A DNA stretch of 64,000 nucleotides from Candidatus Omnitrophota bacterium (GCA_028717245.1 JAQUOD010000003.1:21636-85635), one strand, 5' to 3'. Counted from the stretch's first letter, positions 35,700 through 46,438 are shown. A program made the numbers and translations. The notes: generated by a model from the letters alone, not told the origin.

Positions 35700-36350
35700 A
35701 TGAGGAAATTATTACTGATTGCCGGGTGCGTTATTTTTATCGCAGGATTAATGGGTTGTGCTTTGATACATCGTAAGGCCGCCCTTAATAACGCGGGCGC
35801 AGCGCCTTTACCGTCCTATTCCGGGCCTAAGGCGCGCATTGCCGTGGCGGATTTCGAAGTCAAGGCAGCCAAGGCTACCGCTGAGGCTGGTTTGGGCCTG
35901 CGCGAGATGCTGGTAATGGCCCTAGCCAATAGCAACCGTTTCTCGGTAGTGGAACGACAGGAATCAGGCGCAGATTTAATCATCAGCGCTGCGGTTACCG
36001 AATTCGAGCCCGAGGCATCCGGAGGCAGGGCAGGCATCGGCGGAGGAGGAGGCGCTGGTAGCGGCGCTTTAGGAGGATTATTGGGCGGGGCCTCAAATAA
36101 GGCGCACATGGTTTTAGATATACGTATTGTTGATCTCCCTACTTCTAAAGTTTTAGCCGCTACGCGCGTTCAGAGTCAGGCCTCGGATATTGCCGGCGGC
36201 GTGATGTCCGGGTTTTTCGGCAACTGGGGTTTAGGCGCGGGATTGTCCGGTTACGCCAATACCCCCATGGAAAAAACTATACGCATTTGCCTCATTGAGG
36301 CAGTGCGCTATATATCCCAAACTATACCGGAGAATTATTATAAGTATTGA
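35700..36350 (+). CDS. CsgG-like lipoprotein with Gly-rich loop
   Basis: Lipobox LMGCA, ARIAVADFE block and GGGGGAGSGALGG segment. Confidence 0.4.
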   Translation: MRKLLLIAGCVIFIAGLMGCALIHRKAALNNAGAAPLPSYSGPKARIAVADFEVKAAKATAEAGLGLREMLVMALANSNRFSVVERQESGADLIISAAVTEFEPEASGGRAGIGGGGGAGSGALGGLLGGASNKAHMVLDIRIVDLPTSKVLAATRVQSQASDIAGGVMSGFFGNWGLGAGLSGYANTPMEKTIRICLIEAVRYISQTIPENYYKY

Positions 36351-36533
36351 TATGGGTAAACGTAAACGTAGAGGCAAACTCAACTGGCGTTCAAAACGGG
36401 CGAATAAAGGCAGAAAGCCTAACTTAGGGTAGTCATTTTTAGGCCAGCTGTTTTTTATTTATTATTGCTGATTCTAAAGAGGATAACTCCTGATATCCCG
36501 CTTAAGACGTTAGTTATAATGAGGGGTACTAAA

Positions 36534-37175
36534 GTGCATAATTCTCTTTGGCTTTTGTTAATTTCGACTATCTCCGTTGCTTTTCTGCACGCCCTTGCCC
36601 CGGATCACTAGATGCCTTTTGCTGCTATTGCCAAGGCGCAGAAATGGCCGAAGTTGAAACTTCTTTGGGTAACTTTTATCTCTGGGTTAGGGCACGTGGG
36701 TATTTCTATAATTTTCAGCGTCATCGGTATTTTATTGGGTTTTAGCCTGTCTAAACTGAAAGCCGTAGAAGGCCATCGCGCAGAGATTGCCTTGTGGCTT
36801 CTGATTGGTTTCGGGGTTGCCTATATGCTTTGGGGCATAAAAAAAGCGCAGGAGCAAAAGCGCAAAAATATAGATGAAGCAAAACTCAAGGCAGAAACCG
36901 TGGCGGTCTGGACGATATTCGCCGTAATTATTTTAGGCCCCTGCGAGCCGCTCGTTCCCCTGATGTTTTTGGGGTATAATTACGGCTGGGTAGGAGTTGT
37001 AAGCGTGACTGTCGTTTTTTCTGCGATTACGATAGCGATGATGCTGGGGCAGAGCCTTTTGGCATTCATGGGCATTCAATTGATAAAGAACGATATTGCA
37101 GAGAGATACTCCCACGCTTTTGCCGGCCTGGTTATTGCTTTAACAGGCGTATTTGTGATGGCTTTAGGTATCTAG
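36534..37175 (+). pseudogene. RcnA/NicO-like nickel/cobalt efflux transporter interrupted by in-frame TAG (36609-36611) immediately followed by ATG. Could equally be a split/coupled gene or a sequencing error.
   Basis: GTG start at 36534 with good GAGGGG RBS; translation ...FLHALAPDH*MPFAAI... resembles the RcnA HALEPGHSK signature; later ILGPCEPL resembles GLIPCPAA of RcnA. Confidence 0.45.
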
Positions 37176-37207
37176 CTTTATTCTCCATAAGAGGCATATA
37201 TATTAGT

Positions 37208-37954
37208 ATGGCTAACTTTTTTTGGGCGCTCACCGCCAGCATAGTGGTCAGCCTGATTTCTTTAATCGGCATTTTTAGTTTTTTATTTAAAGAAGCGCGG
37301 CTGAATAAGATACTGATTCTCCTTATAGGTTTTTCCGCGGGCGGGCTGATCGGCGGGGCATTCCTGCATTTGCTTCCGGAGGCATTAGAGCAGGCTAAGA
37401 GTGAGGCCGTTTTTCTTTACCTTATTTTAGGTTTTATCGCTTTCTTCATCCTGGAGAAATACCTGCATTGGCGCCATTGCCATGAGGGCGCCTGCGCGGT
37501 CCACGCCTTTACCTACCTTAATCTTATCGGGGATAGTATCCATAATTTTACTGACGGTCTGGTTATCGGCGCCAGTTTTATGCTGGGCATACATTTTGGG
37601 TTTATCACTACCCTGGTAATTATACTGCATGAGATTCCCCAGGAAATAGGCGACTTCGGAGTCTTGGTCTACGGCGGCTTCAGTAAGCTTAAGGCGCTTT
37701 ATTATAATTTTGTCACTGCCCTCACCTGCATTCTGGGGACGATAGCAGGATATTTTATTGCTGCGCATATCCGGGATTTTTCTGTATTCCTCCTGCCTCT
37801 TACCGCAGGCGGCTTTATTTATATCGCTGCCTGCGACCTGGTACCGGAGCTGCATAAACAGCAGGGGGGTTTAAAAAAGAGCATAGCGTCGCTGCTTGCC
37901 TTCTTATGCGGTATCCTGCTTATATTTTTGGTAAGGATAATGCACAGCCATTAA
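37208..37954 (+). CDS. ZIP-family metal transporter (ZupT-like)
   Basis: HEIPQEIGDFGVL and GAFLHLLPE motifs. Confidence 0.8.
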   Translation: MANFFWALTASIVVSLISLIGIFSFLFKEARLNKILILLIGFSAGGLIGGAFLHLLPEALEQAKSEAVFLYLILGFIAFFILEKYLHWRHCHEGACAVHAFTYLNLIGDSIHNFTDGLVIGASFMLGIHFGFITTLVIILHEIPQEIGDFGVLVYGGFSKLKALYYNFVTALTCILGTIAGYFIAAHIRDFSVFLLPLTAGGFIYIAACDLVPELHKQQGGLKKSIASLLAFLCGILLIFLVRIMHSH

Positions 37955-37976
37955 AGGCCTCGCCCTTTTTCCCCGA

Positions 37977-38948
37977 ATGAAAGCAATCGCCTTAATTTCC
38001 GGTGGTTTAGACAGCATGCTGGCAGCTAGATTGATTAAAGAACAGGGTATTGATGTTATCGGTTTAAAATTTAAGATTCCCTTTTCTGGTAATACAAACC
38101 AGAATTTTGCTGATTCAGGCATAGATATCCGGGAAGTAGATATCGGGGGTGATTTCTTAAAGATGCTGGAGAACCCCAGATATGGTTATGGCGTTAACAT
38201 GAACCCCTGCATAGACTGTAAGATTATGATGTTAAATAAGGCCAGAGAGTTAATGGGGCAGTATGATGCCAAATTTATCATCACCGGGGAGGTTTTGGGC
38301 CAGCGTCCGATGTCGCAAAATAAAGAAGCCCTGGCTACTATTGTTAAAAGAGCAGGCCTTGAGGGTCTGGTTTTAAGACCGCTTTCAGCTCAACTCCTTG
38401 CGGAGACTGTCCCGGAAAGAGAAGGCTGGATTAAGCGCCGGGACTTATTGAATTTTAGCGGCCGGGGCCGCAGGCAACAGATAAAATTAGCACAGGACTT
38501 CGGCATCAAAGAATACGCCCAGCCTGCCGGAGGGTGTTTATTGACTGACCCTGAATTCTCAAAAAGGCTCAAGGAGATCATTGTCCACAAAGAACTCACC
38601 TTAAGTAATATAGAATTGTTAAAAGTAGGCCGGCATTTTAGGATTTCGCCGAATGCAAAATTGATAGTAGGGCGTAACGAGAAGGAAAATGAGAAGCTGG
38701 TGAGCCTTGCCGGGAAAGATGACTATCTGTTTTTCCCTTGCGCTGACTTAGCCGGCCCAACTTCATTAGGCAGGGGGGAATTCAACAAAGAATTAATTGC
38801 GCTCTCTTGCGCCATAACCTGCCGCTATTGCGATTTAAACGGTAACCTTGATGCAGAGATAGTTTATCGAAGAATCCCCGAAAAGGAGAATAAGGCGTTA
38901 CGAACCTCACCTATCACAGAGCTTGAGCTTTTAAAAGTCCGGATATGA
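37977..38948 (+). CDS. PP-loop ATP pyrophosphatase, ThiI C-terminal domain-like (no THUMP domain)
   Basis: SGGLDS PP-loop and ITGEVLGQRPMSQ (ThiI GESLGQVASQT-like). Confidence 0.55.
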   Translation: MKAIALISGGLDSMLAARLIKEQGIDVIGLKFKIPFSGNTNQNFADSGIDIREVDIGGDFLKMLENPRYGYGVNMNPCIDCKIMMLNKARELMGQYDAKFIITGEVLGQRPMSQNKEALATIVKRAGLEGLVLRPLSAQLLAETVPEREGWIKRRDLLNFSGRGRRQQIKLAQDFGIKEYAQPAGGCLLTDPEFSKRLKEIIVHKELTLSNIELLKVGRHFRISPNAKLIVGRNEKENEKLVSLAGKDDYLFFPCADLAGPTSLGRGEFNKELIALSCAITCRYCDLNGNLDAEIVYRRIPEKENKALRTSPITELELLKVRI

Positions 38949-39955
38949 GAGAAGCCCTGCTTTACGAAAAGCTAGATGGTAAAATCGTGCGTTGCTATCT
39001 ATGCAGCCATGGCTGCCGGATTGCCGATAAGAAATTCGGGTTATGCGGAGTGAGGGAAAACAGGGGCGGTATATTATATACATATGCCTATGGGAAGGTT
39101 ATCGCCAACCATGTTGACCCTATTGAGAAAAAGCCCCTGTATCATTTCCTGCCGGGGTCAAAGAGTTTTTCTATTGCTACTATCGGCTGTAATTTCCGCT
39201 GTGAATTCTGTCAGAACTGGAAGATTTCACAAAGCACGTTTAGAGAAGGCGGTAATCTGGGCGCAGAAGAATTCCCGCCGCAGGAAATAGTAAAAGCAGC
39301 CATAGAAAATAAATGCCGGAGCATTTCTTATACTTATACAGAGCCCACTATATTCTTTGAGTATGCCTTGGAGACGGCAAAATTAGCCAAAGAGGCCGGG
39401 CTCTACAACAATTTTATTACCAACGGGTATATGAGCGCAGAGTGCCTTGAGATGATCAGGCCTTATCTGGATGCGGCTAACGTAGACCTGAAGTTTTTTA
39501 AAGACAGCTCTTACCGCAAGGTCTGCGCTGCCAGCCTAGCGCCGGTGCTGGATTCTATTGTCTTAATGCATAAATTAGGTATTTGGTTGGAGATAACTAC
39601 TTTAATCGTACCGCAAGAGAATGATTCCGAAGAGGAATTAAGCGGTATTGCCGGATTTATCGCCGGGATAGACAAGAATATCCCCTGGCATGTCTCCCGT
39701 TTCCATCCGGATTATAAACTTACCCACCGCCACCCTACGCCGGAGGCAACCCTGGAAAAAGCCCAGGCTATAGGCAGGAAGGCAGGGCTGAAGTTTATTT
39801 ATGCGGGCAATGTTTATGGCTGGGGCAATGATACCCATTGCCCGAATTGCAAGGAGTTAATAATTAAAAGAGAAACCTTCAGCGTTTTAGAGTATAATAT
39901 CAGGCAGGGCAAGTGCGTTTATTGCAATACGGTTATCCCGGGTCTATTTGATTGA
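38945..39955 (+). CDS. Radical SAM enzyme, AmmeMemoRadiSam/PFL-activase-like
   Basis: CNFRCEFCQN (CxxxCxxC) plus a second Cys cluster CYLCSHGC near the N-terminus. Confidence 0.65.
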   Translation: MREALLYEKLDGKIVRCYLCSHGCRIADKKFGLCGVRENRGGILYTYAYGKVIANHVDPIEKKPLYHFLPGSKSFSIATIGCNFRCEFCQNWKISQSTFREGGNLGAEEFPPQEIVKAAIENKCRSISYTYTEPTIFFEYALETAKLAKEAGLYNNFITNGYMSAECLEMIRPYLDAANVDLKFFKDSSYRKVCAASLAPVLDSIVLMHKLGIWLEITTLIVPQENDSEEELSGIAGFIAGIDKNIPWHVSRFHPDYKLTHRHPTPEATLEKAQAIGRKAGLKFIYAGNVYGWGNDTHCPNCKELIIKRETFSVLEYNIRQGKCVYCNTVIPGLFD

Positions 39956-39967
39956 GAGATTGTAAAA

Positions 39968-40780
39968 ATGGAAAACCTTTTACAGAATATACATCCTGTA
40001 ATACAGGCTTTTATTGCCGGGCTCTTTACCTGGGCGATGACTGCCTTTGGAGCGTCAGCTGTATTTTTAGCTAAAGATATAAACCGCAAGATACTTGATG
40101 TGATGTTGGGGTTTGCCGCCGGGGTAATGTCTGCTGCAATCTATTGGTCAATGTTGGCACCTGCCATGACCATAGCAGTTGCCAGGCAAATTCCTCCCTG
40201 GCTTCCGGCTGCGGTAGGTTTTCTAGCAGGAGGGGTCTTTTTAAGAGGCATCGATAAAATACTGCCCCATCTTCAGTTCGGGGCTCCTATAGAAAAGGCC
40301 GAGGGTATCAAAACACATTGGCATAGGCCCACCCTACTTATTTTGGCCATGACTTTACATAACATTCCCGAAGGCCTGGCAATAGGGATTGCCTTTGGTG
40401 CTACTGCTGTAGTTTCCCCGAGTACTACTTTACAGACAGCCATAGCTTTGGCCATAGGTATAGGGATACAGGATATCCCCGAAGGATTGGCGGTTTCAAT
40501 ACCGCTACGCCGGGAAAAAATATCGCGGTTAAAAAGTTTTTGGTATGGACAACTATCAGGAATAGTCGAGCCGGTTGCCAGCGTTATCGGCGCGTTGGCC
40601 GTAATCCTTGCGCAATCTATCCTGCCGTATACCTTGGCTTTTGCCGCAGGCGCTATGTTTTTTATCGTAGTCGAAGAAATTATCCCGGAGTCTCAGCGCG
40701 GCGGCAATGCTGCCCTGGCTACGATGGGTACGATAATAGGTTTTATAGCGATGATGATACTGGACGTGGCGTTTAGTTAG
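39968..40780 (+). CDS. ZIP-family metal transporter (second copy)
   Basis: HNIPEGLAIG and QDIPEGLAVS repeats. Confidence 0.8.
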   Translation: MENLLQNIHPVIQAFIAGLFTWAMTAFGASAVFLAKDINRKILDVMLGFAAGVMSAAIYWSMLAPAMTIAVARQIPPWLPAAVGFLAGGVFLRGIDKILPHLQFGAPIEKAEGIKTHWHRPTLLILAMTLHNIPEGLAIGIAFGATAVVSPSTTLQTAIALAIGIGIQDIPEGLAVSIPLRREKISRLKSFWYGQLSGIVEPVASVIGALAVILAQSILPYTLAFAAGAMFFIVVEEIIPESQRGGNAALATMGTIIGFIAMMILDVAFS

Positions 40781-40791
40781 AAGGATTTAAG

Positions 40792-41379
40792 ATGAAATTT
40801 AAAAAAGCGCTTTTGGTTGTGGATGTGCAGAATGATTTTTGCCCTAATGGTGCCCTGGCTGTCCCCGAAGGCGATAAAATCGTCCCTAGCGTCAATAAAT
40901 ATATAAAGATTTTTTCCAAAAAGAAATTACCGATTTTTCTTACCCGCGACTGGCACCCTAAGAAGACCGGGCATTTTAAGAAATTCGGAGGCGCCTGGCC
41001 GGTGCATTGCATTCAGAATACTAAAGGCGCAGCCTTTCATCCTAAACTTAAGCTTCCTAAGGGAGCAATTTTTCTCTACAAGGGCATATATCCGCAAAGA
41101 GACGGTTATTCTGTTTTCGAAGCAGAAACCCTAAGCGGGATGAGTTTTTCGAATCTTCTGGAATTATTCGGCATAGAAGAAATTTATATAGCCGGACTGG
41201 CTACGGACTACTGCGTTAAGTTTTCTACCAGAGATGCCTTAAGGGGGGGATTTAAGGTAAAATTATTGATGGATGCCGTAAAAGGAGTGAATATAAACCC
41301 CGAAGACTCTGAAGATGCGGTGAGGGAAATGGCCAGAAACGGGGCCAAAAAGATAACCTTAAAAGATATGGAGAGATAA
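40792..41379 (+). CDS. Isochorismatase-family hydrolase, nicotinamidase/pyrazinamidase-like
   Basis: [13 protein letters not shown]...TRDWHP and catalytic Cys in ATDYCVK. Confidence 0.75.
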   Translation: MKFKKALLVVDVQNDFCPNGALAVPEGDKIVPSVNKYIKIFSKKKLPIFLTRDWHPKKTGHFKKFGGAWPVHCIQNTKGAAFHPKLKLPKGAIFLYKGIYPQRDGYSVFEAETLSGMSFSNLLELFGIEEIYIAGLATDYCVKFSTRDALRGGFKVKLLMDAVKGVNINPEDSEDAVREMARNGAKKITLKDMER

Positions 41380-41380
41380 T

Positions 41381-42145
41381 ATGCAGCTGGATGAAATAAA
41401 AATTTCCCGGGCAATAATTGAATCTTACAAGAATAAGCTTGTTGATTCTTTAGATATAGACGCAGCCATTGCCGGTGCCGGGCCTGCGGGTATGGTTTGT
41501 GCCTATTATCTGGCCAAGGCAGGCAAGAGAGTGGCTATCTTTGAGAGAAAATTATCCGTAGGCGGCGGTATGTGGGGCGGCGGGATAATGTTTAATGAGA
41601 TAGTGGTACAGGAGAAGGCCAGAAAAATCCTGGATGAATTCGGGGTGAAAACCAGGCTCTATGAAAAAGGATATTATTTAGCGGATTCCATTGAGGCGGT
41701 TTCGACTATCTGCTCAAAGGCAGTTAAGGCAGGGGTTAAGGTGTTTAACTGTTTTAGCGCCGAAGACGTAATGGTCAGGAATAAACGTGTCTGCGGTTTA
41801 GTTTTAAACTGGACTGCCGTAGAGATGGCGAACCTACACGTTGACCCCATTACTATGAGGGCTGAGTTCGTCATAGATGCCACCGGCCATGCCGCAGAGG
41901 TAGTGCGTATTGTAGAGAAGAAATCCGGCATAAGGCTTAAGACTAAGACCGGAAAAATTATAGGCGAGCAATCTATGTGGGCAGAGGTGGGGGAGGATAC
42001 TATTGTAAAAAACACCAAAGAGGTTGCCTCCGGGCTCTATGTCTGCGGGATGAGCGCAAATGCGGTCTTTGGCGCTCCGCGTATGGGCCCGATATTCGGC
42101 GGTATGCTTTTATCGGGTAAAAAATTAGCAGAGGACTTAATTTAA
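41381..42145 (+). CDS. Thiazole synthase Thi4 family (sulfide-dependent)
   Basis: [22 protein letters not shown]...GGGMWGGG glycine-rich FAD/ADP binding motifs. Confidence 0.75.
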   Translation: MQLDEIKISRAIIESYKNKLVDSLDIDAAIAGAGPAGMVCAYYLAKAGKRVAIFERKLSVGGGMWGGGIMFNEIVVQEKARKILDEFGVKTRLYEKGYYLADSIEAVSTICSKAVKAGVKVFNCFSAEDVMVRNKRVCGLVLNWTAVEMANLHVDPITMRAEFVIDATGHAAEVVRIVEKKSGIRLKTKTGKIIGEQSMWAEVGEDTIVKNTKEVASGLYVCGMSANAVFGAPRMGPIFGGMLLSGKKLAEDLI

Positions 42146-43408
42146 ATGAAAATATTTGTCGTAGCAATATTCCTTATTACCTATATGTTCCTTATGTTAA
42201 AGAAGGGGCATCCTTTTATCGTCTTAGGCACTGCTATAGGTTTACTGTTTTTAAGCCGCGCCATTAATCTGGCGCAGGCATTTGCCAGTATAAATTATAA
42301 TGTCCTGGGCGTATTCCTGGGGACGATGATTTTATCGAGCCTCTTTATATTTTCAGGCGTTCCGGCATATCTGGCCACAAAATTAGTGGATAGGTCAAAG
42401 ACCGTAGGCATGGCTTTATTGTCTGTTTGTTTACTTGCGGGTTTTATTTCCAGTTTTGCGGAGAACGTGGCTACGGTTTTCATAGTAGCGCCCATTGCCT
42501 TTGAGGTAGCCAAGAGGCTAAAGGCCAATCCCGTTCCTTTTCTCATCGGTATAGCCGTATCTTCAAACCTGCAGGGGTGCGCCACGATGATAGGCGACAG
42601 CCCCAGTATCATCCTTGCCCTTTCTAGCGGTATGAATTTTATGGACTTCTTCTGGATGAAAGGCAGGCCCGGCATAACCTTTGCCGTAGAGCTGGGCGCG
42701 GTTGCTTCGTTCGTTATTTTATACCTATTGTTTAGAAAATATAAAGAACTGGTAGTGCAAATAGAAGAGGTAAAAGTCAAGACCTGGTTTCCTGCCTGGC
42801 TGCTTGGTTTTATGATATTTACTCTGGCGGTTTCCAGTTTTATCAAAAACAAGCCTGCTTACTCCATAGCCTTTATCTGCCTCGCCTATGGCATCATCGG
42901 GTTAATCTGGCATGAACTGAAACACAGGGAATCGCTTTCAGCCATAAAGGATTTGGATTGGCACACCTTTTTCTTTTTAATCGGGGTATTCGTCCTGGTA
43001 GGAAGCCTGACTTATGCGGGCATAATAGATGATATAGCGAATTTCATAATAGGCTTTACTAAAGGGAACAAATTACTGGCATATACAATTATAGTCTGGC
43101 TTTCGGTTTTGTTATCGGCATTCGTAGATAATATACCTTATACCGTAGCCATGATACCCGTGGCAAAACTTGTAGCAGCTTCCTTAGGCATAAGCCCACA
43201 GCTGCTTTTATTCGGCCTGCTTATCGGGACGTCGCTGGGAGGAAATATCACGCCCATAGGCGCCTCGGCGAATATGGTCGCCGTAGGCCTATTGCGTAAA
43301 AAAGGCCTTCAGGTCAGTTTCGGCGACTTTGTAAAAATCGGCCTGCCTTTTACCCTTGCCGCGGTAAGCGTAGCTTATTTATTTATCTGGTTCATCTGGA
43401 GCAGATAA
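42146..43408 (+). CDS. ArsB/NhaD-superfamily (SLC13-like) permease
   Basis: 420 aa, ~12 TM, with an internal repeat. Confidence 0.55.
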   Translation: MKIFVVAIFLITYMFLMLKKGHPFIVLGTAIGLLFLSRAINLAQAFASINYNVLGVFLGTMILSSLFIFSGVPAYLATKLVDRSKTVGMALLSVCLLAGFISSFAENVATVFIVAPIAFEVAKRLKANPVPFLIGIAVSSNLQGCATMIGDSPSIILALSSGMNFMDFFWMKGRPGITFAVELGAVASFVILYLLFRKYKELVVQIEEVKVKTWFPAWLLGFMIFTLAVSSFIKNKPAYSIAFICLAYGIIGLIWHELKHRESLSAIKDLDWHTFFFLIGVFVLVGSLTYAGIIDDIANFIIGFTKGNKLLAYTIIVWLSVLLSAFVDNIPYTVAMIPVAKLVAASLGISPQLLLFGLLIGTSLGGNITPIGASANMVAVGLLRKKGLQVSFGDFVKIGLPFTLAAVSVAYLFIWFIWSR

Positions 43409-44571
43409 TGGCGCAAGACCCCGTTTGCGGGATGACGGTAGATGAATTACGCGGGATTAGAGTAAATAGAGACGGACAGGATTATTTCTTCTGCAGCACT
43501 CATTGTAAAGATAAGTTTCTCCGCCAGGAGAAAATAAAAGATAATTCTGCCTGCTCTCCTTTGCCAGGAAAGCCGCTTTTTAAGAATAAATTATTTATTA
43601 CCGTCGGCATACCCGCTCTCCTTTTAATACTCTCCTTATTTTTTCCTCTACTGGTAGCATTTCGTAATTCTTTCCTTATGTATTTAAAAACCATTTGGTG
43701 GGCGGTGCTGGCAGGCCTATTTCTTGGCGGGGTTATTGATTACTATATCCCGCGGGAATACATCTCTAAAATCTTAGCCAAGAAATCCCCGCTTACAATA
43801 TTTAATGCGGTATTCTTAGGTTTCTTGATGAGCGCCTGCAGCCACGGCATACTTGCGCTTTCCATGCAGCTGCATAAAAAAGGGGCGTCTAATCCTAGTG
43901 TAGTCAGTTTCCTCCTGGCCAGCCCCTGGGCGAATTTTACGATTACGGTAATGTTAGTCGGGTTGTTCGGCATGAAGGGGTTGTTTATTATCGTGGCGGC
44001 CCTAATAGTAGCTGTTAATACCGGCCTTATATTTATGTTTCTGGAAAAGAAGGGCCTGATTGAAAAAAATAAGAATATCGTAGATGTACCCGGACAATTT
44101 TCTATTTTTAAAGATTTAAAAATCCGCCTGAAGAATTATAGATTCAGCCTTGCTGCCCTAGCCGATGATTTTAAAGGCGTGATTAAGGGGGCCATAGCGC
44201 TTTCGGATATGGTCCTCTGGTGGATTATCTTAGGTATGCTTATTGCCAGTATAGCCGGCGCGTATATTCCGACCCATTTCTTCCATAGGTTTATGGGGCC
44301 GACCTTGCTGGGTTTAGTGGTGACGTTGGGTTTGGCGACGATAATTGAGGTCTGTTCGGAAGGTTCCTCTCCGCTTGCTTTTGAGATATACCGCCAGACC
44401 GGCGCCCTGGGAAACAGCTTCGTTTTTTTAATGGCAGGCGTAGCTACGGATTATACGGAGATAGGGTTGCTTTGGGCAAATGTAGGCAGGCGCGTAGCAT
44501 TATGGATGCCTGTAGTTACCGTACCGCAGGTAGTAATCATCGGTTATCTGGCCAATATTATCTTTAGATAA
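43408..44571 (+). CDS. YHS/TRASH-domain permease (N-terminal DPVCGM metal-binding domain fused to a predicted permease)
   Basis: MAQDPVCGMTV...CS.HC motif followed by multiple TM helices. Confidence 0.6.
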   Translation: MAQDPVCGMTVDELRGIRVNRDGQDYFFCSTHCKDKFLRQEKIKDNSACSPLPGKPLFKNKLFITVGIPALLLILSLFFPLLVAFRNSFLMYLKTIWWAVLAGLFLGGVIDYYIPREYISKILAKKSPLTIFNAVFLGFLMSACSHGILALSMQLHKKGASNPSVVSFLLASPWANFTITVMLVGLFGMKGLFIIVAALIVAVNTGLIFMFLEKKGLIEKNKNIVDVPGQFSIFKDLKIRLKNYRFSLAALADDFKGVIKGAIALSDMVLWWIILGMLIASIAGAYIPTHFFHRFMGPTLLGLVVTLGLATIIEVCSEGSSPLAFEIYRQTGALGNSFVFLMAGVATDYTEIGLLWANVGRRVALWMPVVTVPQVVIIGYLANIIFR

Positions 44572-44584
44572 GAAAGGAGATGGT

Positions 44585-44935
44585 ATGAAAAAAGTCGTTT
44601 TATGCATAACCGTATGTTTTTTAATAGCAGTTTATTCCATAGCCTATGCCCATCCGCCGTCCGATATAATTATTACTTTTTATCCGGCGTCTAAGATCTT
44701 GAAGGTAGTAATCATGCATAATGTGAGCGACCCCGAGAGCCATTTTATCATGAAGGTCGACATCGCGCTTAATGGTAAGCAGATTATCGAGCAGGAGATC
44801 AGCAGGCAGGATACTAATTCCAGCCAGACCCTCAGTTATCTGATCCCCGATGCAAAATTAGGCGATACTATTTCGGTTGAGGCATATTGCAGCATCAGCG
44901 GGGCCTTAGAAAAGGAAACCAAGGCAAGGTTTTAG
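44585..44935 (+). CDS. Hypothetical secreted protein
   Basis: Signal peptide; followed by the terminator GGGGGGTAG-n8-CTACCCCC at 44944-44975. Confidence 0.35.
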   Translation: MKKVVLCITVCFLIAVYSIAYAHPPSDIIITFYPASKILKVVIMHNVSDPESHFIMKVDIALNGKQIIEQEISRQDTNSSQTLSYLIPDAKLGDTISVEAYCSISGALEKETKARF

Positions 44936-44989
44936 CAGTTTTTAAGGGGGGTAGTTAAAATTCTACCCCCTAAATTTCTCTTGACAAAT

Positions 44990-45012
44990 GATACTATTAT
45001 AGTATCATTTAT
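44990..45012. promoter_or_regulatory. Perfect palindrome AATGATACTAT-T-ATAGTATCATT next to a TTGACA -35-like hexamer; candidate Rrf2 operator
   Basis: Read directly from sequence; ~215 nt upstream of the Rrf2 regulator gene. Confidence 0.4.
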
Positions 45013-45227
45013 GTATGGAAGAGGGGGTGATGATAATGGATGTAACTATTAAATATATGCTACGGCCGGTAGCGCACTGTAAAGAGGGCTGCTGTAATTT
45101 GTCCTGGGCACGACGTTTCCCGCCATTCAATATAGTTATCAGGCGGGATCCCGCCTGTTCCTTAAATAGTTTAGCGGGAAAACTACCCTTTCTATTTTTG
45201 CCACAGAGTTAATTACCGGAGAAGAGG

Positions 45228-45632
45228 ATGAAATTAATCACCAGAGATACGGACTATGCTTTACGGGCCTTATGTTTTATCGCTAAAAATAAAAAACACA
45301 GGGTTTCTGTTGGGGAATTAGTAGGGCGCCTGAAGATACCGCGGCCTTTTTTAAGAAAAATACTGCAGGTATTGAATAAGAAGAGGATACTTAAGTCCCA
45401 CAAAGGCTGTGGCGGAGGGTTTTTATTAGCTCAGCCGGTAGATAAGATTTTTTTAGCAGGCCTCATAGAGATATTCCAGGGGTCGTTACGCTTAAATGAA
45501 TGCTTCTTTAAAAAAATGGCCTGCCCTAATGCAAAGACCTGCGCCTTAAGAAAAAAAATTAATAGTATCGAAAAATATGTCATACGGGAATTAAAATCTA
45601 TTACGCTGGCATCTTTATTAAGAAAGGAGTAG
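45228..45632 (+). CDS. Rrf2-family transcriptional regulator
   Basis: MKLITRDTDYALRAL...VSVGELV wHTH. Confidence 0.8.
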   Translation: MKLITRDTDYALRALCFIAKNKKHRVSVGELVGRLKIPRPFLRKILQVLNKKRILKSHKGCGGGFLLAQPVDKIFLAGLIEIFQGSLRLNECFFKKMACPNAKTCALRKKINSIEKYVIRELKSITLASLLRKE

Positions 45633-45640
45633 GTTTAGAG

Positions 45641-45883
45641 ATGTTTTTAAAATGCCCGGGACAGGATAAAAGAAACATTAAGGCGGAAACAATCAAGTGT
45701 CCTGATTGCGGATATAAGATAGAGATTTTTTCTGACGAGGTAAAGGTCAACTGCCCTAAATGCAAGAGTTTAGCATGCCGTCAGAGGCTGCCTTCTTGCG
45801 TGGATTGGTGTAAACACGCCCGCGAATGTATAGGCGAGGAAAAACTGGAGAAGATGAATAAACTTCCGTTTGAAAGGAATTAG
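45641..45883 (+). CDS. Small zinc-ribbon protein
   Basis: CPDCG...CPKC and further Cys pairs. Confidence 0.4.
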   Translation: MFLKCPGQDKRNIKAETIKCPDCGYKIEIFSDEVKVNCPKCKSLACRQRLPSCVDWCKHARECIGEEKLEKMNKLPFERN

Positions 45884-45916
45884 TATATAATATATAATAA
45901 TATAAGGAGGTGACGT

Positions 45917-46237
45917 ATGTTTATGGCAAGAGTTGGGGGTTTGTTTACATTTATTCCGGCAACGCTGTTATTGACCTTAAGTTTTTTTGTATTGTATGCC
46001 TTGCGCAAAACGGATACGCAGGGGTTGAAGTCCTTCGGTTATATTATTGCGGCACTACTTTGGTTATCCGCGCTGCTGGTTTTTTCCGCGGGGATTTATA
46101 CCTTGGCTACAGGCCGCCGTCCGATGAAGTGTATGATGCAGGAAATGATGCAGCATAAGATGCAGGGTATAGCGGAGGAAGGAAAAACGCCCGGTATGAT
46201 GCATAAAGGTATAGGCGAATCTATGATGAAGCGTTAA
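45917..46237 (+). CDS. Small membrane protein with Met-rich C-terminal tail (MKCMMQEMMQHKMQ...MMHKG..SMMKR)
   Basis: Two TM helices then Met/His-rich repeats, possibly metal binding. Confidence 0.4.
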   Translation: MFMARVGGLFTFIPATLLLTLSFFVLYALRKTDTQGLKSFGYIIAALLWLSALLVFSAGIYTLATGRRPMKCMMQEMMQHKMQGIAEEGKTPGMMHKGIGESMMKR

Positions 46238-46276
46238 ATACTCGATTTTGTTTTAAGATAATAAAGGAGAGCCAGA

Positions 46277-46438
46277 GTGGATAAATATAAATGTTTAGTC
46301 TGCGGTTATATTTATGACCCTGCTACCGGTGATTCAACGCAAGGGGCTAGCCCGGGGACAGCTTTCGCTGACTTACCGGATACCTGGGTTTGCCCTGAGT
46401 GCGGAGTGGGGAAAGACCAGTTTGAAAAAATAAGTTAG
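46277..46438 (+). CDS. Rubredoxin (53 aa, GTG start)
   Basis: [10 protein letters not shown]...W.CPECG with two CxxCG knuckles; not in the ORF track because it is under 60 aa. Confidence 0.8.
   Translation: MDKYKCLVCGYIYDPATGDSTQGASPGTAFADLPDTWVCPECGVGKDQFEKIS

Noticed and set aside
36352-36432. 26-aa highly basic peptide ORF (MGKRKRRGKLNWRSKRANKGRKPNLG) after the CsgG-like gene
   Set aside because: It could be a real small basic protein, but it has no clear RBS or homology I can recognise and the region is short. Left unannotated.
45015-45212. ORF 45015-45212 (65 aa) between the palindromic operator and the Rrf2 gene
   Set aside because: There is no RBS, the composition is odd, and it contains a hairpin (CAGGCGGGATCCCGCCTG). 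It is more likely a structured leader of the Rrf2 transcript.
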